Assembly: GCA_040954595.2 (NCBI GenBank) | Contig: CM082579.2 | Coordinates: 6,375,625-6,439,624 of the forward strand | Source of the DNA: Balanoglossus misakiensis | Lineage: Eukaryota; Animalia; Hemichordata | Reading direction: 5' to 3' | DNA length: 64,000 bases | In this document: piece by piece, positions 43,801-57,425 of the stretch | How the letters are laid out: each line of letters begins with the position of its first letter | How positions within the stretch are numbered: position 1 is the stretch's first letter | Position numbers and translations under genes: made by a program | The notes under the pieces: model-generated | The model's input: the letters and a program-made list of their open reading frames with translations, nothing else | Databases searched by the model: none | What the model was told of the DNA's origin: nothing

Positions 43801-46018
43801 CAATTTTTGCGTAATAATTGGACCTCGTCAGTGGTTTGCGTTGAGAAGACTGCAATTTTCACGGTCGCGGCGGTTGCCACAGATACGCTCGGTAGCGAGA
43901 TCGTTAGAGGATGTTATCACAAACGTAAGAGATCACGTCGAGTTTGGATAATTGTCTTCGGTCATCCATTTGCGATCGTTCGGCGCACAGAAACCTCGGG
44001 TCAAGGTGAATAATCTGAAGTCAGGCCGCCCTTTAGACCCATCACGTAGGAATATCCACTTACTACTATATAAGAACCCAGAATCTACGTTGCTTCTGCC
44101 GTAAAGTGCGTTGCTTTCATGAAAACGGCAACAAACTTTGACAGAAAACGTTCTGACGCGGAAGTTGTACGTGATTTTGAAAACATTATCCGGATGAGGG
44201 ATCAAACGGTCAAAGTTCGAATAGGATCGTTTAATATTGGGATGCAAGAATTGCAAATTTCAGTTCAACCTGCTAAACGAATGCATATTTACTTTTGTGT
44301 ATCGCTGCGGTTGTCATTTCTAGAATAATAGTTTTATTGCCGCAGTGTTTAACGAAAATAGCTAACTTTATTGTCGACCGACCGACTGGTACATGTGTCA
44401 ATTTGATGTAGAAAGATGGATATATATACAGTGTAAATATTAATATTAAATACCACAAATAAAATGACTTTAAAATAGCAAATAAGCTTAGAACAACAAT
44501 AGTAGCCCATCGATAAATGATGGCGTGTTGATCTGACATGGCTATCCCGACGGATAAAAATAATGCAGACAAGTCCAAAACACTGACGCGATTTGGGTGT
44601 TATCAGTCCGAAACTATTTCATAGGTACATGAATTAAGACCCTGAACAGTCAAAATGTTCCAAGAAATCCAAAAATTTGGCACAGAAAGTCCGCAGAGTT
44701 TCAGCCGTGTGTTAATGGGGACACAAGTCTGCATTAGAACTCGGCTCACGATTTAAGTCCATCATGGGGTGATTTATCCAGACAGTACAGTGCCAAGCGA
44801 GTTAATGGGACAAAATTAAAATTTATCCCAGATAAATCATAAGTTTGAATCATATTAGACTGGAGGTTATGATGTCACTTGCAAAATTATGGCATTCGCA
44901 GTGTTTGGGTTCATATGTTATATTCATAATGTAGGCCAGGTTTTCAGTATTATTATCACTTATAATATTATGCGATGTGCAAAATACCACCTAATTAGCA
45001 TATTTTTCAGCCCCGACAACAGTGGTCCTAATCTCATGATCAGCAGAATATAGACAACGCCTGAGGACATAAACACTGGTAAAGTCAATCACGTGTATAC
45101 GGTCCCTACAGGCCGCCATAACCACAAAGACATCTATACTAATAACTAAAATCTTATAAATAATAATGTTCAATTACAGCCAACCAGTCTATCCCGCGTA
45201 GAAATGGAGTGATGTGAACATGACGCTTCCAACGTGTAAAACTTAAAATAGAGTGGTCAAATTTTCTTGGGTTGCCCATCTATTACAATAACATTTCGTT
45301 GAGGGCGTTGCGTTATACTTCTCCCCGGGTCCCACACCCCCGCACGCAAGCGCAGTGGATTTGCGAAATATTAAACTGAAAAGTAATCTCAAAAACGGCA
45401 CATCATAGCGACACGGCTCCTTTGAAACGGGTAGAAGTGTTTGTAACATTTCCGCTTCGCCACAAAAAAATCTTTCACTTGTCGAAACGGGACATTTAAG
45501 CGGATTACTCATCAAATGAAGTATTGCCCTAGTTCGTTTTGTCTCCCAGTGCTCAGTGGCGGAAGGGGCCTACACACAGCCATATTATATCGGCGGGATA
45601 TTAGCAGCTGCCTTGTTACAGCCACGCGCACCAACGATCGGCACTAACTCACTCACTCGCTAAGATTCTCTTGCCAGCTGTGCTGACGATATTTGTGAGA
45701 TCAACTGCACTTTTCAGTTCCGCTGGTGCGAAAAAGTATCCGCGCATGATATCAAAGGGGTTCGGGTGCACTGTGTGGATTTCAGTCTTAGACAGGGATT
45801 CTGGGGCAGTCACACAACGACGACATGACGTAAACAAGCGCGCGTGGAATGGGAGGCAATTAAAAGTATGTGCCCCGTCTCCGTTATCTTTCAGCTGTGT
45901 GGAAAAGCCTATCTCATTTTTCCAGTCATACAGTGAATTTTGCTCCTTGGCGATATTATATGCGCAGCTCATTCGCAACCACCTGTGACATTAAAATCGA
46001 AAATTCAACCAGGCTGAT

Positions 46019-46076
46019 AGGTTTGGCGGGAAAGGGGTTAGCGGCAAGGTTTTGGCGGGAAAGGGGTTAGCGGCAA
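46019..46076. repeat. 28/29-bp tandem duplication containing TTTGGCGGGAAA
   Basis: aggtttggcgggaaaggggttagcggca followed by aggttttggcgggaaaggggttagcggca. Confidence 0.9.
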
Positions 46077-48048
46077 CCTTCTTTTCGATGTACGTTTGGC
46101 ACTTACCGTTAGTGCGAGGTTCACCAAAAATACACGGTCGGCTTCTCAGTTTGCCGGTTGGCCGATGTGCGCAATTACGCCGCTCCCCATGATGAAAAAA
46201 TGTTACGTGGAATCTGAGAGAGAGAGATGCCTTCGTTCAAAAGAACCACCGAGCTCCTTAAAACAGCGCCGTTTTCGGAATGCCGAAGAGCGGTCGAACT
46301 ATGCGCACTCTGTCAATCAGGACGTTTAGTGAAATCGTTAGAATCAATTCCCAGACGGTTGCTAACAGTATTGGAAAACAAGATGTACTGCTGCTACTAC
46401 ACTGCACATCAACCAAACCTCAGCGCGTGGGAAGAGCAGAAATTGAGACTACCTAAGCCAGTGCTAATTTGCAAAATGTGACGGCCTATCACGAGCGATA
46501 TTACTGAAAGATGTTTTTACTGTATAATCATGTACATGTTTTGTCACGACGACTTCGTTGAGCATATCATATCTAACACCCGATTGGCAGCATGTTTTAC
46601 TACGTATAGGGCAAACCCTGGATATCAAACCACTCTTTAAAGCTGCAGACCGACAACCAAGTATACGTTCCCGTTGACCATACGGACCTAGAGAGGCTTC
46701 ACCTGACCTACTGACTCCCTGCAAATTTTACCATTGTCGATCCAATGCCTATAATAACACATTTCTGTATTTTTTTACGTTAAGCTGCTTAAGGGTTGTT
46801 TATGCCGTGTGCAACAAAAAGTAGGCGATTTCAGTATATGGAGCCGGGTTAAGCGCTACCGAAAGGCAGGTATTATAGGGATGATGGATATACTTATGTG
46901 TACTGATCTGATTATGCTTAGATACAGTATTAGGTTTCCTCTCGCTTTCCACACTGCAACGCTCACCACTCGGAAAAGTTTAAACGAGAAGCTGTCCTAT
47001 ACGAAGGGGATTGCGAGAACAACATTCATTTAGCAAAAAAAATCCGCGCTCCTGTGAAGACCTAGGTGTCTTCGAAAGTATGTCACATAAAAAAATTATC
47101 AGCAAAGATCATTCAACACAGCTTCGCATGCAACACATCCTGATAATCATTCGTGGAAAAGAACGTATCGCGTGAACATGGATTAGATGCCCTTGGTGTG
47201 AAATGTTGACTTTGAGGAGAAATTCTCCTCTCATGTTAATATCGAGTAACGAAAGATCTGACTGCTATTTTAACATATCGTGCGATTTATAACTTAGGGG
47301 AACAATGCCCATGGCGATAAAGCCAAGCCGTTTGGACAGGACGATGGAGATACTAGCACTCTGGTGAATTCAGTATATTCGTCGAATGGAATACAATATA
47401 TTGGTAATTATAGGCGTTAAGAATGAGTTTTACAGTTTCTAAGTTCACGCTTATGGATGTCATCTTGTAAACCGCACGAGCGATAAGTAAGTGGCATAAC
47501 CATACAATGAATTCATTCGCAAGGGCCGACCTACTTCCTTTTCAGCTAAATGTTCTAATCCGCTCTAATAATTTTCAATGTACAGCAACCGCAAACAATA
47601 TCTGCAGCTTCTCGACTCGAAAGGCCTATCCTCATACCGTTACAGCATTCATGCACCTGTTTGACGAGAGAATTGCCAAACTGACCAATTCGAAAAAGAA
47701 ACACAGGCACTGCACACTTCCAACAAACAGAAGATTCGCCGAAGCACGAATACCGGAACACTTTACCTGACACAATGAAAAGAAAACTCGACGGAAACTG
47801 GTGAGATCTCTGAATGGCCGGTTTTCCTGTCCGCGCGTGTAAACACTATAGACATTTGGAAGCCCGGAAGAATTATTGGTCCACGGTTTTAATACCGACA
47901 TTGTATGAAAGCAACGGCGAAGAGCCAACGTTGATGTAAAACTGTGCACTGACCAGGTTGGTGCTTAAATTATTGCCATTTCTTTCCCTTCAAATGTCAA
48001 CTACCATCACTGCAGTAACGTCGCCATTACACGATGCACCACTTGATA

Positions 48049-48387
48049 TGAAGGTAGACTTCGCCTGGAAAATCAGATTCTTAAACTCCTTCTCATATTT
48101 TGCTCAAGGCAACATTAGATTATTCTCTCTTAAAATTGAGAATAAAAACTTGGAATCACCGTACACAATTTTGAACGAGAAAGCAAAATGGTCTCAAATT
48201 TGAAAATCAAAATGGCCGCCAATGGCTGTGTTAACTCTATGGAGAAAATTTAAAGTGGCGATTTTTATGAAAACAAGACGATCATTAAACACCCAATGGT
48301 CTTCTTTGTTTTCAAAAAGACTCCACATATACTGTAATATAACAAGGAATTGAAAAAAAATCCTCCCCTAGGCACACACTATCTTAA
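48049..48387. mobile_element. Degenerate ~340-bp MITE-like interspersed repeat
   Basis: Imperfect terminal inverted repeats TGAAGGTAGACTTCGCCT and AGGCACACACTATCTTAA (12/18 match). The internal motif TGTGTTAACTCTATGGAGAA is shared with 12767-12790, and CAAAATGGCCGCCA recurs at ~8573. Confidence 0.55.
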
Positions 48388-48896
48388 TTGAAGACAAAAT
48401 CACTCCCAAGCTGCTCACTGTCTTTGGCTATCAGGAAATCGAATGCGTCATAAATATTTAAGTTCGCGTGGAATCGTTTATAAATGAATGCAATTCATTT
48501 TATAATTCAAGGTCTTCGAAGAAACAACGACAGTGACAGTATAGCCAATGCACTCTTCTTTAGATAGACTGTGTATTCTAACTTGACAAATGTATACATT
48601 ATGCATTTTTTTTAATTTGGGCAGTTTTTTTCTGATCACGTCTTTTAAAATCATTAAGAACCATCGTTATCCCCATTCCTTATGGAAATGTGTGACTTCT
48701 CGCTGCATACATATATTAATTCATTGCGTTACAAGAGAACTTCAGTCGCCCAGTGCATAGATGCGTGCGCACTCGAACGCGTCAGCCGTATTGCATGGGT
48801 GCAGTATAATTACCATTCGTAAAGAACAACGTATTGTAAAATAGAAAGTATTACGGTAGTAGGTTTACAGTAATCGGTGACATTTGTGATGTGGTA

Positions 48897-49090
48897 TTAA
48901 AGGTATACGGTCACCTCCAATTTACATACGCCCATATATGGCTGAAATGGCGTATCTGAGTGTTCTAAAGAACATATGTTGGCGCTATTTTTTTTCGCGT
49001 GTGTCATCCACTGAAAATCAATGATTGGCCAGATCGCAATTTGCCATGGTAACTGTAGTTATATTTGCATAGGTGACCGTATACCTTTAA
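48897..49090. mobile_element. Non-autonomous DNA transposon (MITE) with TTAA flanks, Kolobok-like
   Basis: Perfect 16-bp terminal inverted repeats AGGTATACGGTCACCT (48901-48916) and AGGTGACCGTATACCT (49071-49086), each flanked by TTAA. The body is 186 bp with no ORF. Confidence 0.85.
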
Positions 49091-52000
49091 CACAGACTGG
49101 GACTGCACATCTTACGCGGCGGGTGATTTTTTTCAGAACTGTGCAGAGTATGAATAAAAAAACTTGTCGAGCATGAATGTGTCAAGCCGGCACATTAGAT
49201 GTACTCTTGTCTCACACGTACTATAGATCGATGCGTTTTGTAATGCGGGGATACATTCAATATCCATTATGGATATTTGTCGTGGGGGCTATTAGAAGTA
49301 CTTTGGGGAATTTCTTCTTATTTGAAGTCATTAGAACGGGCGATTTATTTCGTGTTGGCTCAATTTTCACCCACGCGCCGTTGAGAAGGTGGAGAATGGA
49401 ATCTCAATTTAAAGAAAAAACGCGTGATAGCACAAAACGAAGATCGCGTATTTCTGGGTCTGATTTTCTGGAGAAGACGTGAGGAGAAAGAAATGAGCGA
49501 ACGGCCACTAAGGAGGTGGGGGTAATTCTTTGTAATGGCCATAAGTTACGGCACATAAACTCGAGACTTGTGAGCGAACGCGACCAGGCGATTCGGTTTT
49601 CATCAATGGCGATTGATGACTCGAAAGGAAATTATCTGGGATTGAAATCGAGAAACGTGACCCAAAGAAGCGCAGCTTTGCTTTGTTTCCAAAGCGAACA
49701 AGTTGCTGTCATTTGTTTCGAGTCAAACCCGTCGAACAGTGAGAGTCCTTCAGCAAACGGGACTATGTATCCCATAGCAAAAGCCCTGCAGATAAAGAGA
49801 TTGTACACTTTGATTAAACCGTGTCATTTCGGTTGTTTTTTCTGGGTTTCTGATATATCACCACGGTGGCATTGTTTCGTTCGCTACACGTTTATCCCGT
49901 CTGCCAAAAACCCGCCACGTTTCCAATTGCATATTACACGCGAGAACTGGATTCGCTCCATGGTGCGATGACGTCACGCCACTTTTTCACGTGGCGTTAG
50001 TAACAAATCAGCGTCGCGGTATTGAAAGACCCGTTAAATTCCCGAGCAGGTGGTCGTGCCTGAGTTTTATGGCATCGAAATACATGATGAGTTAGCGGTC
50101 GCGATTACTGAAAAGGATGGGTTTTAATCGCCGCTTTTCTACATCTTTTGTTCTGGCCGACGCGGCTAACGTGGTCATCCCATCTGTGACGGTTATTTTG
50201 TTTTCGGGCGAGACTTCTAAAAAATGTAATGTAGAATTCTGCGCGTTGAAAAAAAACCTTGGGTATCCCCATTGATGTTCGACAAGGGTATAAAGTGCAT
50301 GTAGCAGAAATAGTTAAGTTATTAAGCAAATTTCGATATCAGTTTGATGACATTAGACAAAAATTGATGCAAGCAATTAAGGCGACACACCTTTAAGTAT
50401 AGTAATGCGTCATGAAAGCGTCCACTGGGGTTGTCGCCTGGTAAAATGTCAACGTTTTACCGTACCCGTGATATCGGGGTGATAAAATCCGTCTAGTTTC
50501 GTCGAGCGAGCTGCACTGCGGCCTGTGGATGTGGCCAGTTCTGTCTCTTGGGCGCTGCACGATTACGTGATTTTGCGATGGAATGTATACAACTGCGCGT
50601 AAATTCTACTTCGAGAGGACGCGCGCGCTCAAACGCCTCTGCTGTCATCAATCTCGTTCCGTTTTCCAAATACTGCCCCATTTATGACCTCAGTTAGAGT
50701 GCACGAGTTTAGGGCTTAAACGACAAATGGCACAATAAAAACAATCTAACGGTCTCGGAGGTTAAAGCTTTTGTTTGCGATTGAAAGAGAAATTACAGAC
50801 CACTGTCTTGGGTGTCGTAATTGCTGGGCAATTTCTCTCGCAGAGAAACAAATACGCGTACCATTTTAATAGAGTGAGTTTAGTGCACAATAAAGGGCGG
50901 GTTTTATAGTACATCGCGTACATCGCATCAATGCCCTTGGGCAACCGTTACGATCACAGTTTCAATTAACTACCTTGATTTTAAGATTTCAGAATTCAAT
51001 AAGTCAACATGACACTGGGGACCCAGGTAGCTAGTGTTACACAACGAGTAAAAGCAAAGGATGTGTATTTTTGTAGAAAGAACTGAGGATTCATTGTTTC
51101 ACGACACGATCTTTATGTGAACTTCAATTTAGTGCAGCGTTCTCTGCGATAGTCCCTTGCGTGTGACACACGCATTGCAAGCAATTTGCGTAAATCGCTG
51201 ACGCGAACTAGCTTGGCAAAATACCACGCTTTTTTCAAAAAACATACAGCCACGATTCGACACGGTTTTCTTTGAAGTTTGCGCAATCTGCCCTTGAGAA
51301 GTTTCCAGTGGGCTATTAATGTTTCAAGATTGAAAGTCTTCGCCGAGTCTCCTTCGGAGGCCACGTGACTGTTCCTATGACGACCTACTTTTCTCCGCAA
51401 AGAAAGCATTAAATCAACAGAGCAGCGATTACCTCTCATGACGTCACTTACAGAAGGGCGTTTAATTCACCACCAAATCCTTCGCGACACCGTCAGTGCA
51501 TATAGGACAGGCGATTGGTGGTTTCTTATAACATATTTGAAAAATTGATAACAGCCATTCAAGTACCCAGTGTATATGTACTGACTACCGCTATCGATAA
51601 TTTACATGGGGATTTCGTAACGTGCTTCATGCAAGAGTCTTAAATAATTGACAGGTTTCGGTAATCCTGTGTCTGATTAACGGGGTTTAGGAAACCGGTT
51701 TATGTTAAGAATTCTCCGCAGAGAGAGTCGATTTCAGTAAGTAGACAATACACCTGTCGGCGTTTACTTGAACATATGCTGTATGTAATTAAGTGACAAG
51801 GAAGGTACCACATATACAAAGTATATTAAAAAGTGATTTCCTCTTTTGTGAAGGCTAAATATTACAATTTTCCAGACCTCCGAGAGGAATGACTTTTGAA
51901 ATAAGACGATATAAATAATCGTTGATATGAGATCTAGGTTATTGAGAGGGAGGTTGTTGCACTTTTCTGCTACGTACTATCAAGAAGGTATTTTTGACGC

Positions 52001-55000
52001 CCACTCGCTGGTGATACGAAAGAACCTTTCAAGGATTGAAAAACACACCAGTCTTTTACAGTAACCTTTCCTTAGCTCTGATAGCCGATTCGCATATCTC
52101 AGAATGGATTTATCTGCCGACGAAACGCACAAAGCTAAGCTGAGGAAGATGAGCCCTTCTAACAGGTGGGCTACGTAATCAGACACGTGTCGGACAGCCA
52201 CGTAGACGATACACGTCTGGCAGCCATTTTGAGGTATCGGCAGACTTGTCACGTAAGACACAGGCGCGAATTTCAGGGACCTGTATTTTCTTTAACACAA
52301 GTTTCAAGATACAATTCGATTTTCTGTCCAGTCTACTCCTAGCAGTGTCACGCACTTAGAGAATCAACAACACGTGAATTGAGACCAGCGAATACCATGG
52401 CGATAGTTGAGCAGACTCCACCTATAGGACTTCGCTATTCAGAAATGACTGAATGGCCCTGAGTGTTTGGATTTATTCAATATCAGATTGATAGGTTGAG
52501 CTTGGCCTTGTCAACGTCGGGTGAATTTAGCACCGTTCTTTATGTGAATTGAAAAGAGAACATCTGTTACATATATTTATTTTGCGCACTTGTGTTCTCG
52601 TTGTTAACTGTGTATCAGTATGTTGAAATGTCAGACATTCCGCCTGTCTATAGAACCTCTATATTACACTGTCAGCTGACATTGTTGCTGACAATCAACT
52701 GACTCCTGACTCTCCCGTAAACGCCAAAATAGCAATGTCCATGACAAAAGACCGTTCGCCAAAATTTAAAAAAAGTCAGATTCCTGGCATGTATTTTAAC
52801 ATGGGTTATAGGAAAGACGATACACGTCTTTCCCTTAATTAATTGGCTACCAGCATTCATGGTTTCGGCTCACAACTGCAATTCAGTGGCTTCACTATGA
52901 CTGATTTCTGTCGACTTCAGACAAATTCGACCGGAATAGCTTGCTAGATAGGTATACGCTTTAATACTGATTCTAGACACTTCGGTTATACCACGGCTTA
53001 TCAGACTTTCAAGATAGCTCTACCCTGATTGTCGTCTAGTCTTCATGAAGTCCTTGGGGGACTGACGGGTTCGTCTCTTTGTGTCCCTTTTGACCGTGCG
53101 GCAATTGCGTGATGCGTTTTCAACAAGTGGACACATTGGATCACTGATAAAAATTACATTTGCTGCCGCTAGGGTCTACCTGAGGATGACTGTAAACTGT
53201 TTGTCCTTGTGAATATCGAGAATATTTTAATTCAGATGCACTGCATGGCTCACTATTTTAAATTCTAAAAAAATCCACAATGCCATGCAGCAGGCTGGGA
53301 ATGAGGACTTAAACCAACCATTATTCACAAGAGCAATAGACACGAGAATACATTGAAACCTGACACACCATTTCGACGAGGCTTAATCCATTGAGCACGT
53401 ACAAGTTGGTTTCACCTTAAGTCCGCTTCACACAAACTTTGATAAAGGTATTAGATGAACAAATGCCAGATTAAAACAGAAGGACGCCGTTGAAGGCCAT
53501 TCCAGTTGGTGCATGATGCATGATCTTTATATGATCACCCAAAACATGTTAGACGTGTTTTGTTAGACACGTGTCTTGTCTTATAATATATAAATGGCCA
53601 GTATCCAGTTTATTAACAACAACCTATATGTGTATATAGTCAACTTGTTTTTGTGCAAAATTTGTATTCTAGTCCGGACTAGAATTCACTTGTCGACAAT
53701 TTATGGCGGTTACACACTCCGAGCTCTAAGTCATTTCAAGTTCATTGTTCAATTTCTGTCTTGTATAATTGTGCCTATTAAGCAGATTCGTGATGAGCAC
53801 GGACTGTAGATGACATTGATATAAATGTCAAACGTGACCCTCCAGCTGTATCGGTTCGGTCATTTGATGGAAAGTGATTTGAACTCTCAATTCAATTTAC
53901 ACTAAGCTTCAATTTTACGTGCGTGTTTTCTCCAAAAGCAATGACATACAACGGCGAGATAATGATCTCAGCTCCACTGATGCGAATATTAGCAGGTCAG
54001 GGCGTTCGAAAGCTAGGCCGCAGCGCTTGCATGAAGAGCCCTTAACCCCATCCCCGGGGATACACCCGTGGGAGAGCAATTACGAAATGTGCCTCCCCTC
54101 TGGACCCACTTTTCACGCGAGATTTGCCGAGAAGAGGGGAGAGGAATTTCGGTCGCTATTTTTAAAGTGGGTCGCGTCCTTCCTATTTGCTGTTGCGTTA
54201 AATTGCTAAGCCTATAAGATGTAGAAGAAGATCAATAGATTCTAACAGTGTGGTTTAGAAGAAGGCAGAAGTTCAGCCAGGGGCATTGAATGCCGTGAGT
54301 AAAGAAAACGAACAAACTGTAGAGCTGTCATTCCAAACTAAAGGATAAAATACTGACCGATTACCATTCGAAATCTAAAGGAAAATCATGCATTATAGTC
54401 CCCCCTACCCCCCCCCCCCCCAAGTAAAACAGGAATTGCCAAACTGAAAATTTCGCTGCACCTTTCTGTTTCTTTCTTGTCACATATGAACAAATATGAG
54501 AGGACGCCGTTTGACACGACTGCAGAACGAGGCCATCCGGGCTTGCACGCCGGCAACTTGCATTCACAGATTATTTCGGGGACGAGATTGGCAAAGTCGA
54601 TCTGGTCTGATTTCTTTTTGAGAAACGAACAAAACACCGCGTAAGCTTAATAGTGCCCGCCAGTGGTGTCTAATCCCACACGGCTCAATCACGAATCGTA
54701 TAGTATCTCTAATATCGCTCGAGGTAAATAAAAAAACTAAAGGTACTGTATTTTTTTATTCCAGTGTGTGATCGGTTAAAATCTCTGCCGCGGGTGAAGT
54801 TATGATTCTTGACTGAGCACACGCATTCGTACGGAGACTTAATATACTTGCAAATATTTCTTTCAGATTTGAACGACAATCTGAGTTCTGAGTTTTCAAT
54901 AATAAGCATTGAAATGTTAGAATGCAAGTGTCAGATATATGTGATTATGTTACACATTACTTTACAGTATTGCTGTACTTATCTCCATCCCAGCGAATTT

Positions 55001-56784
55001 AAACTGTACGACTTCTTCTGACTATATATTTGCATGAATTTGCATTGACACGTGAAATTAATAAATTAATATCAACAGAATGCACAGTGTCAGCTTAGTT
55101 TAAAACTACCGCTAGCCAGACTCCATTACATTCGTTTTTCTATACGTACAAAATTATTCATAACATGATTTGAAATTATATAGATCCCACCATTCTCTAA
55201 AGAAAGGCTGGGCTCATTTCAATTTTCACAGCAGATTTAGTTTCAGAAACAGGGGTAGTGTAACATGCTGTAACGGATTACTCGCACGTTGCTGTGTAAA
55301 ATATTGATATTTTGGTTTGAATATTGCATTTTAATCTCACGGGGATTTTTTTGTTATTGGTATCTGTTGTCTGTTGTTATTATTATGTATTATTATTAAC
55401 GTCCGTGGGGATGTGTCTGAAGCTGTGACAGTAACAAAATAATAACCACGATTCCCCAGGCGATGTGGAATCGGTTTATGTGTTAACTTCCTGCTCCCAA
55501 AACGACAACAAACGGATAAGATCGACATCTTTTTTAACATGGAGGCACACATACCCATGCTTTGGTATGACACATCCATACTATTAAACTTGCATATATA
55601 GGCAATTTGAGTACTGGTATGTGTTTTGAATGGCGTCATCCGACTGCTGTTTTGGCGCATCTACGCGGAGAGCTGGTGAGGTCTCGCGAAACGCAGCATC
55701 ACTCAGTGGGTGTTATTGTTTTGCCACATCGAACATAACTAAATTAGTATCGCAGTATAGGGACTGTCTATTAAAATAAGGAAACGCCCACTTTTGATAT
55801 TGCGTTGGTGATGTCAGATTACTTTGGTTTATGTTGTTCAGCTCACCTAAATAAATTACATCAGCGAATGTCAAAGCTCACTAAACGCTGTATATGGGTA
55901 TATAAGACATGAATTCTTCTATCACTTAATTTTTGGTTAATACCAAAACGTTTTCAATAGTAGTACGTGTATTTAATTTCAGTTCAGTATTTAGATTATG
56001 CCAATGTACGCATGGTCTGGGATGTTTTGTGGAAACCGTAATTTTGTCATCAACGGGGTCAGTCCCCTCTCATCAAGTCCACACTGTTCGAACAAGAAAC
56101 CGTGTCTGATACTGTGTGTGTTGTCAGAGAAAACATCCTGTGAAAACGTAGGCTGTTAACACGCGGCACAAATTAGGGCACTATATCCTTCCGCTGTATC
56201 GAAAACAAAACACAGACGACACACACGCCGCCAGCCAAATCGCATCACCTGGCCACAGGAATGCAGCGCTACCAACGCGGCTTCCACGACGCCATACAAT
56301 TTGGCACGAACGACCGCCAGCAGTAGGACGTCCCGCATATACGAAACTACAGAACAAATGCGACACTTTCATATGAAACACCGTATTTGCAATCTCCGCT
56401 AATCGGCCGTACTAATAAGTCTAGCTCGGGAAGAGTTATATTATATGATTTGTGGCCATTTATCATTTTTGCGCTATTTACGAAATGCGATTATATGAAA
56501 TAGGCTACAATCTCCAACCATGTGACACCGTACTAAAAACGTGACCCATTATGAATATATTACGTCCTCATTAGAACTCACAAGAACATACAGGTTTATT
56601 CCCAGTAGAACTAGGCAACAAAACAATCGTGGCATAGTCTAATTTATATTGTGGTAAATACACAGGACCTATAGCTTCTGGCGAAACTGTCTAGATCGGG
56701 TAGAATTTCTTCTCACGCCAGACTAAAAGTTCCAAGTTACACGTGAAGAAACGAACAAACAAGAAAAGTTTTCATGAGAAACTC

Positions 56785-57180
56785 TCGTGGATTGGGCGCC
56801 ACCTAGTGTCAAATACCGTAGAAAACGTACTCAACCACACTCACGACATTGGTACAGTCAGAATAGGAGTGGCGCCCTCGCTCGGTGTGGGAGGAAGCCA
56901 AAGTAGACAGTCTCGTTTTGACAAGGGACCACACTTATCTCTGATTAGGGGATGACGTGGCGTGTTGGTTATTTGGAATAAAAGGTAACTGTGAAGTATA
57001 GCACCGTGTGGACGTTTCAATACTATACACAGCGCGTCCGACTTTGTGCCTGTGACGTGGAAGAAATGCGAAATTGGCTTAAATTGACCTGTGTGAAAGC
57101 TTGGCATCAGCGTTGCGCGCGATGCGTCACATACATTGGAAATTACTAGTACTCTGACTGTGTCGTAGAGGGCGTAGAGG
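56785..57180 (+). promoter_or_regulatory. Candidate proximal promoter of the sialyltransferase gene
   Basis: Lies 250-640 bp upstream of the ATG. Two TGACGTGG elements (56953, 57053), ATTGG (CCAAT) boxes at ~56791 and ~57073, and local CpG richness. The transcription start site is unknown. Confidence 0.35.
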
Positions 57181-57425
57181 CCTAAAAGGATATTACAATA
57201 TTGTTTGCAGATTTACGTAACCATTGCCAAGCAAACCCGTGAACGTAAAGACCTCAATATTAATTACTTCAAATGTGTCTGTTATAGTGTTGTACATGAC
57301 CTCAGCTAGAAGTGTCCTTTTATTCAGGGCCGATGACATCCCATTCTCGTATTAATGATTTATTAACACGAGTGCCCCTTTGACTCTGTTTGACCCATGG
57401 AGCAAGAAGGGGATGGTTGGCTGGA

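Noticed and set aside
56261-56326. 21-aa GC3-rich small ORF MQRYQRGFHDAIQFGTNDRQQ
   Set aside because: Too short, with no homology or supporting splice structure.
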